Positions 11,921 to 19,615 of a stretch of 32,000 nucleotides of DNA are shown piece after piece. The position numbers and the translations under genes are program-made. The DNA comes from Archangium violaceum Cb vi76 (GTDB taxonomy: Bacteria; Myxococcota; Myxococcia; Myxococcales; Myxococcaceae), in contig NZ_JPMI01000075.1 of assembly GCF_000733295.1 (NCBI RefSeq), forward strand, positions 18,240 to 50,239, read 5' to 3'. The stretch's first letter is position 1. The number at the start of each line of letters is the position of its first letter. The notes below the pieces were generated by a model, which did no database searches, was not told the origin of the DNA, and saw only the letters and a list, made by a program, of their open reading frames with translations.

Positions 11921-12439
11921 CTAGAGGACGCCGATGACCTCGCCGCGGGTGATGAACTCACCCCGGACGGTGTAACCCGAGTACCACGCGGTGTTCCGGG
12001 TGCCGTTCTTGTCCACCTGGAAGTGGGTGAGCGCCTGGGTGACAGCGCCGGTCCCGCCGACGTTGCCGAGCGAGCACCGGTCACACGTCCTGTCGGTGGA
12101 GTTGGCGGTCCTGTTGAAGTGCCACATGCGGAACACGTTGCCATCCGCGAAGGTATGCGACACCGCGTTCTGGTTGCCGCTGCCACTGCCGGTGCAGACG
12201 GCGCTGGTGGTCCGGATGGTGAAGTTCCAGTACATGGAGCCCGCGAACATGGCGTCGACCGGGTCCAGGTTGCATCGGCCGGTGAGGTCCACCGCGCCGT
12301 GGAACGCGCCGCTCGAGTAGTACGTGGTGTCCGTCACCGTTCCGTCGTGGGGTGCGCGCACCTCGAGTGCGATCGCCACCGTGGGAATGAGCGCCAGGGA
12401 CGCCAGCGCCGCGAGGGAATGCTTCAGGGTGTGAGGCAT
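11921..12439 (-). CDS. Secreted minimal M23 peptidase paralog P1 (degenerate HxH motif)
   Basis: Signal peptide LAALASLALIPTVAIA. It has HxxxD (FHGAVD) and MWHF, and the block GNVGGTGAVTQALTHFQVDKNG, in which the first His of HxH is Leu. The start at 12439 has an AGGAA RBS; the ATG at 12460 is an alternative. Confidence 0.8.
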   Translation of the reverse strand: MPHTLKHSLAALASLALIPTVAIALEVRAPHDGTVTDTTYYSSGAFHGAVDLTGRCNLDPVDAMFAGSMYWNFTIRTTSAVCTGSGSGNQNAVSHTFADGNVFRMWHFNRTANSTDRTCDRCSLGNVGGTGAVTQALTHFQVDKNGTRNTAWYSGYTVRGEFITRGEVIGVL

Positions 12440-12531
12440 GGTTGGTTCCTTTCGTGCCACCGGCCGGAGAGCGGAACCGGACGGCTCCGCTCCCTGGCCC
12501 GGTGCCGGGCTCGAGATACGGCCCGCTCGAA

Positions 12532-13059
12532 TCAGTCGAGGACGCCGAGCGTCTCGGTGCGGTCCACGGCCTCGCCCTTGGTGGTGTAGCCGGAGTACCA
12601 GGAGGTGTCGTACGTGCCGCTCTTGGTCTGCTGCATGTGCGTGTGGGCGCCGGTGGAGTTACCCGTGGAGCCCTCGTCGCCGACCTGGCAGCGGTCGCAG
12701 GTCTTGTCCACCGAGGCGGCCGTCTTGTTGAAGTGCCAGATGCGGAACTGCCAGCCGTCCGCCCAGGTGTGCAGCGCCTCGTTCTGGTTGCCGCTGCCGT
12801 TGCCCGAGTTGCAGTAGTGGGCGGTGGTGCGGATGGACACGTTCCAGTAGACCGAGCCCACCACGCCCGTCTCCACGCCCCAGTAGTCGCAGGTGCCGCT
12901 GGACACGTCGATGGCGCCGTGGAACGAGCCGCTCGAGTAGTAGGTGGTGGTGGTGACGGTGGCGGGGTACGGCGCCTTGACGGTGTGGGCGGTCACGGCC
13001 GCGGGGACGAGAGCCAGGGAAGCCAGGGCCGCCAGGGACAGCTTCATCGTGTTGCGCAT
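12532..13059 (-). CDS. Secreted minimal M23 (beta-lytic/LasA-like) peptidase P2
   Basis: Signal peptide MRNTMKLSLAALASLALVPAAVTA. Motifs FHGAIDVS (HxxxD), IWHF, GDEGSTGNSTGAHTHMQ (HxH). Four conserved Cys including CDRC. Confidence 0.85.
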   Translation of the reverse strand: MRNTMKLSLAALASLALVPAAVTAHTVKAPYPATVTTTTYYSSGSFHGAIDVSSGTCDYWGVETGVVGSVYWNVSIRTTAHYCNSGNGSGNQNEALHTWADGWQFRIWHFNKTAASVDKTCDRCQVGDEGSTGNSTGAHTHMQQTKSGTYDTSWYSGYTTKGEAVDRTETLGVLD

Positions 13060-13096
13060 CGTTTTTTCCTCTCGAGCCGGTGCACGGCCCTCGTGA

Positions 13097-13103
13097 GGGG
13101 GGG
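13097..13103 (-). repeat. Poly-C(7) tract (G7 on the plus strand) in the B1-P2 intergenic leader
   Basis: Read directly from the sequence. The homologous positions carry C10 (17370-17379) and C6 (16052-16057). Confidence 0.9.
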
Positions 13104-13110
13104 TGGACGT

Positions 13111-14103
13111 CTACGGAACCTGCTGCATCCGCTGCTTCTCCCTCAGGATCAGGTTCCACTCCTGAAGGTCCAGACCGAGAACTCGAATCCACGCGTCGAT
13201 CTCCGGCGCCAGGCTGGGGTCGGTGCTCCGCAGCCGCTGCAGCTCGGGAATCGCTCCAATGAAGCCCAACTGGGCGATGCTCTGCAGCAGCGCCTTGCGC
13301 ACCCCGGCATCCTGCTCGTCGCGGTACATGGCGAGCACGGACTGCCGGGCGCTGGCCATCTGCTCCGCGGGCACGCCGCCCAGCGCGAGCGCCGCCGCCT
13401 TGCGCACCTCGGCATCCTCGCTGCGCAGCAGGGATTGAATCTTCCCGGCCGACTCGGCGCTGATCATCTGCGTGTTCATGTTGCCGAGGATCTTCGCCGT
13501 CACCTTGGGATCGGTGGAGGCGGTGGCGGCGGACACGGCGGCATCCGAGGCCGGGCCGTGGTAGCCCGCGTAGACCTCCTGGATGTCCTCGACGATGTTC
13601 TGGGCCGCTTCCTGGCGCACCTCGGGGGAGGCGTCGCGCACCAGCTTCTCGTACGCGCCATCCGTGCTCTCCAGGGCGCTGGTGCGGCGCATGGAGCGCA
13701 CGGCGGCGGCGCGCAGGGCCGGGTCACGCTCCTCGATGGCCCGCTTCGCCACGGCCTTGATGGCCTCGGGGTCCGCGCCGCGCTCGGTGCGCGCCACCAG
13801 GGCGGCCGCGAGGTGCTCGGACATGACGGGGTCCGTCTCCCGCTCGAACGCGGCGCGGAGCTCGCTGTCCGGCAGGGTGACGGCGGCCTCGCGCAGCAGC
13901 GTCCGCATGTACTTCTTGTACGCCGCGGAGTTCGACTCGAGCCCCTGGCGGATGGAGTCCATCAGGCCCTGCACCGAGCAGCGCTCGCCCTCGAGCGCGG
14001 GGCCGGGGGCGACCACCTGGGCCGCGGCCACGCCAGGCAGCAGCGCGCACAGCGTGAGCGCCAGCAGGAGGGGACGGGTGGAAAAGGAAGGGGTGCGTGT
14101 CAT
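13111..14103 (-). CDS. Secreted HEAT-like repeat protein B1 (330 aa)
   Basis: Start trimmed to MTRTPSFSTRPLLLALTLCALLPGVAAAQ (signal peptide). HEAT-like repeats: DPALRAAAVRSM, SPEVRQEAAQNI, DAEVRKAAALALG, DAGVRKALLQSIAQLG. It aligns end to end with the paralog at 17386-18384. Confidence 0.75.
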   Translation of the reverse strand: MTRTPSFSTRPLLLALTLCALLPGVAAAQVVAPGPALEGERCSVQGLMDSIRQGLESNSAAYKKYMRTLLREAAVTLPDSELRAAFERETDPVMSEHLAAALVARTERGADPEAIKAVAKRAIEERDPALRAAAVRSMRRTSALESTDGAYEKLVRDASPEVRQEAAQNIVEDIQEVYAGYHGPASDAAVSAATASTDPKVTAKILGNMNTQMISAESAGKIQSLLRSEDAEVRKAAALALGGVPAEQMASARQSVLAMYRDEQDAGVRKALLQSIAQLGFIGAIPELQRLRSTDPSLAPEIDAWIRVLGLDLQEWNLILREKQRMQQVP

Positions 14104-14117
14104 GGTCGTTCCCGGGC

Positions 14118-15341
14118 TCACTCGTGGCGGTCGAGGCAGCTGAAGGGATCCTGGTTGGGCAGGCTGTTGTAGAGCCGCACGAAGTCCAGGATGCCGCTCG
14201 CGTAGAGGCGCTCGAAGTCCTGGTAGATGGGCTGGAAGCGCGGATCCATCGTGGCCATGTTCGCCATGACGGGCAGGGCGCGCTTGCCGGCGGTGCGCGC
14301 GGAGAAGCGGAAGAGGGCCCACTTCACGCACAGCGATTGCTCGGTCTCGAAGGTCTTGGCGAACAGGTCCAACACCTTGCCCTTGTCCAGGGACAGGGAG
14401 AGGTTGTGCGCGGCCGCGTCCCGGCCCTCCTCGCTGCCCTCGCCCACGAGAATCCTGGCGAAGCGCTCGGTCTCCTCCGCGCTGAGCAGGGGCGCGGCGT
14501 GCATGGGCATCATCTGCCCCAGGTAGCGGATCTGCTCGTCGGGCGACTGGGCGCCGATGGTGAGCAGCTTGTCCATGTAGGGGCCGATGTTCTCGTTCTG
14601 CTTGAACTCGCGCTTCATGACGCGCGCGATGGTGCGGGCCGCGGCCCAGCCCGCCTCACCGGACACGGGGTCATTGGCGAAGGTGGTGAGCTTGTCGAGC
14701 GCCGCCGGCGCCAGCCGCTTCTGCGTGTCCAGCGCGGAGAGGATGCCCGCGCGCCGCTCGGTGGGGAGGGCGTTGTCCAGGCCCATGTCCAGCAGCTTCG
14801 TGGCCACCTGGGGCTGGTGGACGGCCTCGGAGTCCCGCACCGCCGTCAGGTACACCCCGAAAGGCTTGCCCGGGGCGTCGAGCGACCAGCTCAGCACCTG
14901 GAGCGCGTTGGCCGGGTCCTTGCCAATGAGCTCCGTGAGGCGCTCCCTCAGGAAGTCCCGGACGAGCCCGTCCCGCGAGTTGAGCAGCGGCTCGGCCCAC
15001 TGGCGGAAGTTGTGGATCGTCACGCCCTCGTTGAAGCGCTCCAGCTCCTTCCAGCAGAGGGTCTCCTGGAAGCGCGGGGCCTTGGCCTCCTCGCCCGGGA
15101 GCGAGGGGGCGCCGGTGGGACTGGGAGTGTTCGTCTTCCGGGCCGGGCCCTGCTTCGCGGACGCCTGAGCGGCGGCGGGGCCCGTCTCCACCGGCCCTTC
15201 CTTCGCCTCACCTCCGCGGCCAATCAGCGCCACACCGGCCAGCACGGCGACGAGGCCGGCTCCGGCGGCGAGCAGCGGCTTGCGCCGGCTGGAGGTGCCT
15301 GGAGGGGAAGAGGAGGGGGGCGGCGGAGAAGTGGGAGTCAT
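14118..15341 (-). CDS. Single-pass membrane protein A1 with a Pro-rich N-tail and a helical periplasmic domain
   Basis: One TM helix (PLLAAGAGLVAVLAGVALIG). Conserved blocks shared with 18401-19615: CW(K/E)(E/D)LERFNE, SGEAGW, RWALFRF(S/A)ARTAGK, DPF(S/G)CLDRHE. The stop lies 14 nt upstream of the B1 start. The start is taken at MTPTSPP by homology to A2; the ORF is open to 15398. Confidence 0.7.
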   Translation of the reverse strand: MTPTSPPPPSSSPPGTSSRRKPLLAAGAGLVAVLAGVALIGRGGEAKEGPVETGPAAAQASAKQGPARKTNTPSPTGAPSLPGEEAKAPRFQETLCWKELERFNEGVTIHNFRQWAEPLLNSRDGLVRDFLRERLTELIGKDPANALQVLSWSLDAPGKPFGVYLTAVRDSEAVHQPQVATKLLDMGLDNALPTERRAGILSALDTQKRLAPAALDKLTTFANDPVSGEAGWAAARTIARVMKREFKQNENIGPYMDKLLTIGAQSPDEQIRYLGQMMPMHAAPLLSAEETERFARILVGEGSEEGRDAAAHNLSLSLDKGKVLDLFAKTFETEQSLCVKWALFRFSARTAGKRALPVMANMATMDPRFQPIYQDFERLYASGILDFVRLYNSLPNQDPFSCLDRHE

Positions 15342-15440
15342 GGCGGTGGGCCCGGTCTGGGGTTCCATCTCTAGAGAGACCCCGGACCTCACCGCCATCT
15401 CACAAAAATGAATAAAACGAGAATTTCTCGGGAATTTGGA

Positions 15441-15466
15441 GCCTCCTGGTTTTCCCGCCAGGAGGC
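15441..15466 (-). terminator. 9-bp stem hairpin between the P3 stop and the A1 promoter region
   Basis: gcctcctgg (15441-15449) pairs with ccaggaggc (15458-15466) around an 8-nt loop. An AT-rich block (15399-15437) follows on the A1 side. Confidence 0.4.
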
Positions 15467-15490
15467 CGGAGGGCGGAGGAAGGCCCCCGC

Positions 15491-16015
15491 TCAGTCGAGG
15501 ACGCCGAGCGTCTCGCTGCGGTCCACGGCCTCACCGCGGGTGGTGTAGCCGGAGTACCAGGAGGTGTCCTTGGTGCCGTTCTTCTCCTGCATGAGGTGGG
15601 CGTGGGGGCCGGTGGCCTGGCCGGTGCCGCCTTCATTGCCCACCTGGCAGCGGTCGCACGTGCGGTCATACGAGTCGCTGGTCTTGATGAAGTGCTTCTG
15701 GTGGAACTTCCAGCCGTCCGCCCAGGTGTGCACCGCCATGTTGGCGTTCTCGTAGCCGTTGCCGTTGCAGACGACGCCGGAGGTATTGATGGTCACGTTC
15801 CAGTGGACGGAGCCCACCACGGCCGTCTCGGCGCCCCAGTAGTTGCAGCGGCCGCTGGAGACGTCGATGGCGCCGTGGTACCCGCCGCTCGGGTAGTAGG
15901 TGAGGGCGGTGATGGTGCCGGGGAAGGGGGCCTTGACGGTGTGGGCCGTCACGGCCGCGGGGACGAGCGCCAGGGAAGCGAGCGCGGCCAGGGTCATCTT
16001 CATCGTGTGACGCAT
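15491..16015 (-). CDS. Secreted minimal M23 peptidase P3
   Basis: The signal peptide is almost identical to that of P2 (MRHTMKMTLAALASLALVPAAVTAHTVKAP). Motifs YHGAIDVS, KHF, GNEGGTGQATGPHAHLMQ. The 3' end is near-identical in nucleotides to the P2 3' end. Confidence 0.85.
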   Translation of the reverse strand: MRHTMKMTLAALASLALVPAAVTAHTVKAPFPGTITALTYYPSGGYHGAIDVSSGRCNYWGAETAVVGSVHWNVTINTSGVVCNGNGYENANMAVHTWADGWKFHQKHFIKTSDSYDRTCDRCQVGNEGGTGQATGPHAHLMQEKNGTKDTSWYSGYTTRGEAVDRSETLGVLD

Positions 16016-16142
16016 CGTGTTTCCTTTCGGGCCGGCTTCACCGGCCCGCGTGGGGGGACTTCACTCATTGAAGAGGGTGCTGCCGCGCCGCCATCCCAGG
16101 AAAAACAGACAGGCCATGGGATGTCTGGCTTTGACGGGGAAC

Positions 16143-16667
16143 TCAGTCCAGCACACCGACGAGCTCGCCCAGCGAGAGGGCCTCGCCCACGGTGGAGTAG
16201 CCCGCGTACCAGGAGGTGTCCTTGGTGCCGGACTTGTCGCGCTGAAGGTGCAGGGAGTTGGCGGGAATGCCCTTGTCTCCCGCCGCGCCGATGTTGCAGC
16301 GGTCGCACGTGCGGTCAAACGTCTGGCCCGTCTTGTTGAAGTCCATCAGGCGGAAGGTGAAGCCGTCGGCGAAGGTGTGCTTCGCCACGTTCTGCGGGCC
16401 CGTCATGGCCGTGCCGCAGAGGGTGCTCGGAGTGTTGATGACCACGTTCCACGCCAGCGAGCCGGCGACGCCCGTGGTGATGGGGGTGGTGCCACACGTG
16501 CCGCCGTCGATGTCCACGGCGCCGTGGAACGCGCCGCTCGAGGAGTAGGTGGTGGCCGCCACGGTGCCAGCCAGCGGGGCGCCGACGTTGCGCGCGGCGG
16601 GAGAGGCGGCGGGGACGAGCGCGGCCAGCGCGGTGAGCGCCAGCAGGGACTTCATCGTTCGAGGCAT
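16143..16667 (-). CDS. Secreted M23-like paralog P4 (catalytic His residues lost)
   Basis: Start at MPRTMKSLL, with a GGAGGA RBS 8 nt upstream. HxxxD is kept (FHGAVDID). The middle His is replaced (LMDF instead of WHF) and HxH reads SLH (ANSLHLQRDKSG). Confidence 0.8.
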   Translation of the reverse strand: MPRTMKSLLALTALAALVPAASPAARNVGAPLAGTVAATTYSSSGAFHGAVDIDGGTCGTTPITTGVAGSLAWNVVINTPSTLCGTAMTGPQNVAKHTFADGFTFRLMDFNKTGQTFDRTCDRCNIGAAGDKGIPANSLHLQRDKSGTKDTSWYAGYSTVGEALSLGELVGVLD

Positions 16668-16734
16668 GGCGGAGTCCTCCCGGGCCGTGCCTGCCGCCCG
16701 GGTCATGGCTGTGAAGAAGGGGGGAGGAGACGGG

Positions 16735-16765
16735 CTGGGAGGCCCCGGACAGGCGCGCCTCCCAG
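16735..16765 (-). terminator. 9-bp stem hairpin downstream of the P5 stop
   Basis: ctgggaggc (16735-16743) pairs with gcctcccag (16757-16765) around a 13-nt loop. It lies in the 134-nt spacer between P5 and P4. Confidence 0.35.
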
Positions 16766-16801
16766 TGCACACGAGGCCCGGACAGGCCTGGTGACTACTG
16801 G

Positions 16802-17335
16802 TTACGTGGCGATGTTTCCGACGGTCTCGCCGCGGCTGAGGAACTCACCCCGGGTGGTGGTGCCGTCGTACCAGCCGGTGAGGTTGCTGCCGTTGCGGTC
16901 GACCTGCATGTGGGTGTGGGGGCCGGTGACGTTGCCCGTGCCGCCCTCGTCGCCGATCTGGCAGCGGTCGCACGTCTTGTCCACCGAGGCGCCGGTCTTG
17001 AGGAAGTGCCACTGGCGGAGGATCTTGCCGTTGGCGAAGGTGTGCTTCACCTCGTTCTGGTTGCCGCTGCCGTTGCCGTAGCACACGGTGCCGGTGGTCC
17101 GGATGGTGACGTTCCAGTGGAACGAGCCGTACGCGCCCGTCTCCACGCCCCAGTAGCCGCAGGCGTTGGCGCTGGAGATGTCCACCGCGCCGTGGAAGCT
17201 GCCGCTGGAGTAGTACGTGGTGGCCGTCACGGTGCCCGGGAAGGGCGAGCCGACCCGGACGTCGGCGGTCGCGGCCGCGGGGATGAACGCCAGGGAAGCC
17301 AGGACTGCCAGCGTCGTCTTCATCGTCTTACGCAT
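16802..17335 (-). CDS. Secreted minimal M23 peptidase P5
   Basis: Only the last 177 codons of the 509-aa ORF are credible. They give MRKTMKTTLAVLASLAFIPAAATA, then FHGAVDIS, QWHF, GDEGGTGNVTGPHTHMQVD. The RBS is GAGGAA. Confidence 0.85.
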   Translation of the reverse strand: MRKTMKTTLAVLASLAFIPAAATADVRVGSPFPGTVTATTYYSSGSFHGAVDISSANACGYWGVETGAYGSFHWNVTIRTTGTVCYGNGSGNQNEVKHTFANGKILRQWHFLKTGASVDKTCDRCQIGDEGGTGNVTGPHTHMQVDRNGSNLTGWYDGTTTRGEFLSRGETVGNIAT

Positions 17336-17369
17336 CGTTGTTCCTCTGGACCGGTGGACCGGCCCCAGT

Positions 17370-17379
17370 GGGGGGGGGG
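17370..17379 (-). repeat. Poly-C(10) tract (G10 on the plus strand) in the B2-P5 intergenic leader
   Basis: Read directly from the sequence. It lies 6 nt downstream of the B2 TAG stop on the minus strand. Confidence 0.9.
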
Positions 17380-17385
17380 TGTTCG

Positions 17386-18384
17386 CTACCGAGCCTGTTG
17401 CTGCCGCTGCTTCTCCCTCAGGATCAGGCTCCAATCCTGGTGGTTCATGTTGAGGACTCGAATCCAGCTGTCGATCTCCGACGTCATGCTCGGGTCGACA
17501 GCGCGCAACCGCTGGAGCTCGGGCACCGCGCCGGAGAAGCCGAGCCGGGCGATGCTCTGGAGGATGGCCTTGCGGACGGTGGGGTCCTTCTCGTCGCGGT
17601 ACATGCCGGTCAGCGACTGACGGGCGTTGGCCATCTCCGCCACGGGCACGCCGCCGAGCGCGGTGGACGCCGCGGCGCGGACCTCGGCGGAGTCGCTGCC
17701 CAGCAGCCGCTCGAGCTTGCGCGCCGAGTCGGAGCTGATCTCCCCCGTCATGAGCTGGCCGAGCACCTTCGCCGTCACCTTCGGGTCGTCCGAGGCCGCG
17801 GCCGCCGACACCGCGGTATCCGCCGCCGGGCCATGGTGCCCGCCGTAGACGTAATGGGTGTCCTCGACGAGGTTGGTCGCCGCTTCCATGCGCACCTCGG
17901 GCGAGGGATCTCTCACCAGGCGCTCGAACATCTCCCCGCTGCGCCCCAGCGCGCCGGTGCGGCGCATGGCGCGGACCGTGGCGGCGCGCAGGCCGGGGTC
18001 CCGGTCCTCCAGCGCCCGCTTCGCCACCACCTGGAAGGCATCGTCCTCCAGGCCGCGCTCGGTGCGCGCCACCAGGGCCGCCGCCAGGTGCTCCACCATC
18101 ACGGGGTCGTACTCGCGCTCGAAGGCGGCCTGGAGCTCGGCGCGCGGCAGGTTGACGGCGGACTCGCGCAGCAGCGTGCGCAGGTAGAGCTTGTAGGCCT
18201 CGGACCTGGACTTCATCCCGCGGCGGATGGAGTCCATCAGCCCCTCGACCGAGCACGTCGTGGGCTGGAGGGCGGGGGCCTCGCTCGAGGCGGACTGCCG
18301 CGCGGAAGCCAGGGCCGGCGCGAGCAGGCACACGGTGAGCGTCAGGGTGGGGAGCACGTTCATACGAAGGAAGGCGCGTGTCAT
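17386..18384 (-). CDS. Secreted HEAT-like repeat protein B2 (332 aa)
   Basis: Signal peptide MTRAFLRMNVLPTLTLTVCLLAPALASA. It is collinear with B1 (CSVEGLMDSIRRG, DPGLRAATVRAM, SPEVRMEAATN, SAEVRAAASTALG, ILREKQRQQQ). Confidence 0.8.
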   Translation of the reverse strand: MTRAFLRMNVLPTLTLTVCLLAPALASARQSASSEAPALQPTTCSVEGLMDSIRRGMKSRSEAYKLYLRTLLRESAVNLPRAELQAAFEREYDPVMVEHLAAALVARTERGLEDDAFQVVAKRALEDRDPGLRAATVRAMRRTGALGRSGEMFERLVRDPSPEVRMEAATNLVEDTHYVYGGHHGPAADTAVSAAAASDDPKVTAKVLGQLMTGEISSDSARKLERLLGSDSAEVRAAASTALGGVPVAEMANARQSLTGMYRDEKDPTVRKAILQSIARLGFSGAVPELQRLRAVDPSMTSEIDSWIRVLNMNHQDWSLILREKQRQQQAR

Positions 18385-18400
18385 GGGTGGGCTCCGGAGC

Positions 18401-19615
18401 TCATTCCTCGTGGCGGTCCAGGCAGCCGAAGGGATCGTCCGTGGGCAGGGAGAACCAGATGCGGTCGAAGTCGACGATGCCGCTGGCGTAGAGCTTCTCG
18501 AACTCCTGGTAGATGCCCTGGAAGCGCGGGTCCGTCATGGCCATGTCCGCCATGACCGGGAGCGCGTCCTTGCCCGCGGTGCGCGCCGCGAAGCGGAACA
18601 GGGCCCAGCGCACGCAGAGCTCCTTCTCGATTTGGAAGTTCTTGCCGTAGAGCTCCAGCGCCTGGGCCTTGTCCTCGGACATGGACAGCTCGTGCGCGGC
18701 CATCATGCGGACGTCCTCGCTGCCCTCGGTGGCCAGCAGCTTGCCGAGCCGCTCCGTGGCCTTCGTGTCGAGCGGCGCATCGGCGTCCATCCCCATCTCG
18801 GCCGCGAGGTAGCGCACCTGCTCGTCCGCCGACTGGCTGCTGATGGTGAGGAGCTTGTCGAGGTAGGGCTTGAAGTTGCCGGACTTCTTGAAGTCCTCCT
18901 TCATCACCCGGCCGATGGCGCGCGTGGTGACCCAGCCGGCCTCGCCCGAGGCGGCGTCCTGCGCGAAGGTGGCCAGCTTGTCGAGCGCCGCCGGCTCCAG
19001 CCGGGGCATGCGCTGCAGCTCGTCCAGGAAGCCCGCGCGCCGGCCCAGGTCCATCTTCTCGTCCAGCCCGAGCTCGGTGAGCCGCGCGGCCATCTTGGGC
19101 AGGGCCTTGGAGCCCCGCAGGCCGCCCATGAACAGCTTGAACTCGGCGGGCGAGGCCTCGCGCGCCCAGTCCAGCACCTCGCTGGCGCGGCCCGCGTCAT
19201 CGCCGATGAGCTCGCCCAGGCGCGCCTTGAGGTAGTCGAGGACGAGCGGATCCTTCACGGCCAGCAGCGGCCTGGCCCACTCGCGGAACGTCTCCAGCGT
19301 CACCGACTCGTTGAAGCGCTCCAGGTCCTCCCAGCAGACGGTGGTGTTGAACTGCTGGGGCTTCGACTCGGCCTGCACGGGCGCGTTCTGGCCGGCGGGC
19401 CCGCCCTTGGAAGCGGAGGGGCCGGTGGACGAGGGCTGGGGCGCGGCGGCCTGGGAGGCCTCGGGCTTGCCGCCCTCCTCGGAGGCGCCACGGGAGAGGA
19501 GCGCCACCGCGGACAGCAGGGCCACGGCACCGAGCGCGATCGCCACCTTCGGGCCGCGGCGGGCCGTGTCATTCACCGGAAGGGACGCGGAGCGATGGGA
19601 GGATTCTGGAGTCAT
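18401..19615 (-). CDS. Single-pass membrane protein A2, paralog of A1
   Basis: TM helix VAIALGAVALLSAVALL and the same conserved blocks as A1. The stop lies 16 nt upstream of the B2 start. An AAGGAC RBS precedes the ATG. Confidence 0.8.
   Translation of the reverse strand: MTPESSHRSASLPVNDTARRGPKVAIALGAVALLSAVALLSRGASEEGGKPEASQAAAPQPSSTGPSASKGGPAGQNAPVQAESKPQQFNTTVCWEDLERFNESVTLETFREWARPLLAVKDPLVLDYLKARLGELIGDDAGRASEVLDWAREASPAEFKLFMGGLRGSKALPKMAARLTELGLDEKMDLGRRAGFLDELQRMPRLEPAALDKLATFAQDAASGEAGWVTTRAIGRVMKEDFKKSGNFKPYLDKLLTISSQSADEQVRYLAAEMGMDADAPLDTKATERLGKLLATEGSEDVRMMAAHELSMSEDKAQALELYGKNFQIEKELCVRWALFRFAARTAGKDALPVMADMAMTDPRFQGIYQEFEKLYASGIVDFDRIWFSLPTDDPFGCLDRHEE

Noticed and set aside
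13111-14331. 406-aa version of B1. The 426-aa (A1), 209-aa (P4), 563-aa (oxidase), 384-aa (SDR), 203-aa and 245-aa (lipoprotein) ORFs raise the same question of using the first in-frame start.
   Set aside because: The upstream extensions overlap neighbouring genes or are R/P/G-rich. The internal starts give proper signal peptides or nucleotide-binding N-termini and match the paralog starts.
16802-18331. 509-aa minus-strand ORF taken as a single gene.
   Set aside because: The first roughly 330 codons overlap the B2 gene in another frame and are R/G/P-rich nonsense. Only the last 177 codons, starting at MRKTMK with a signal peptide and an RBS, form the M23 gene.
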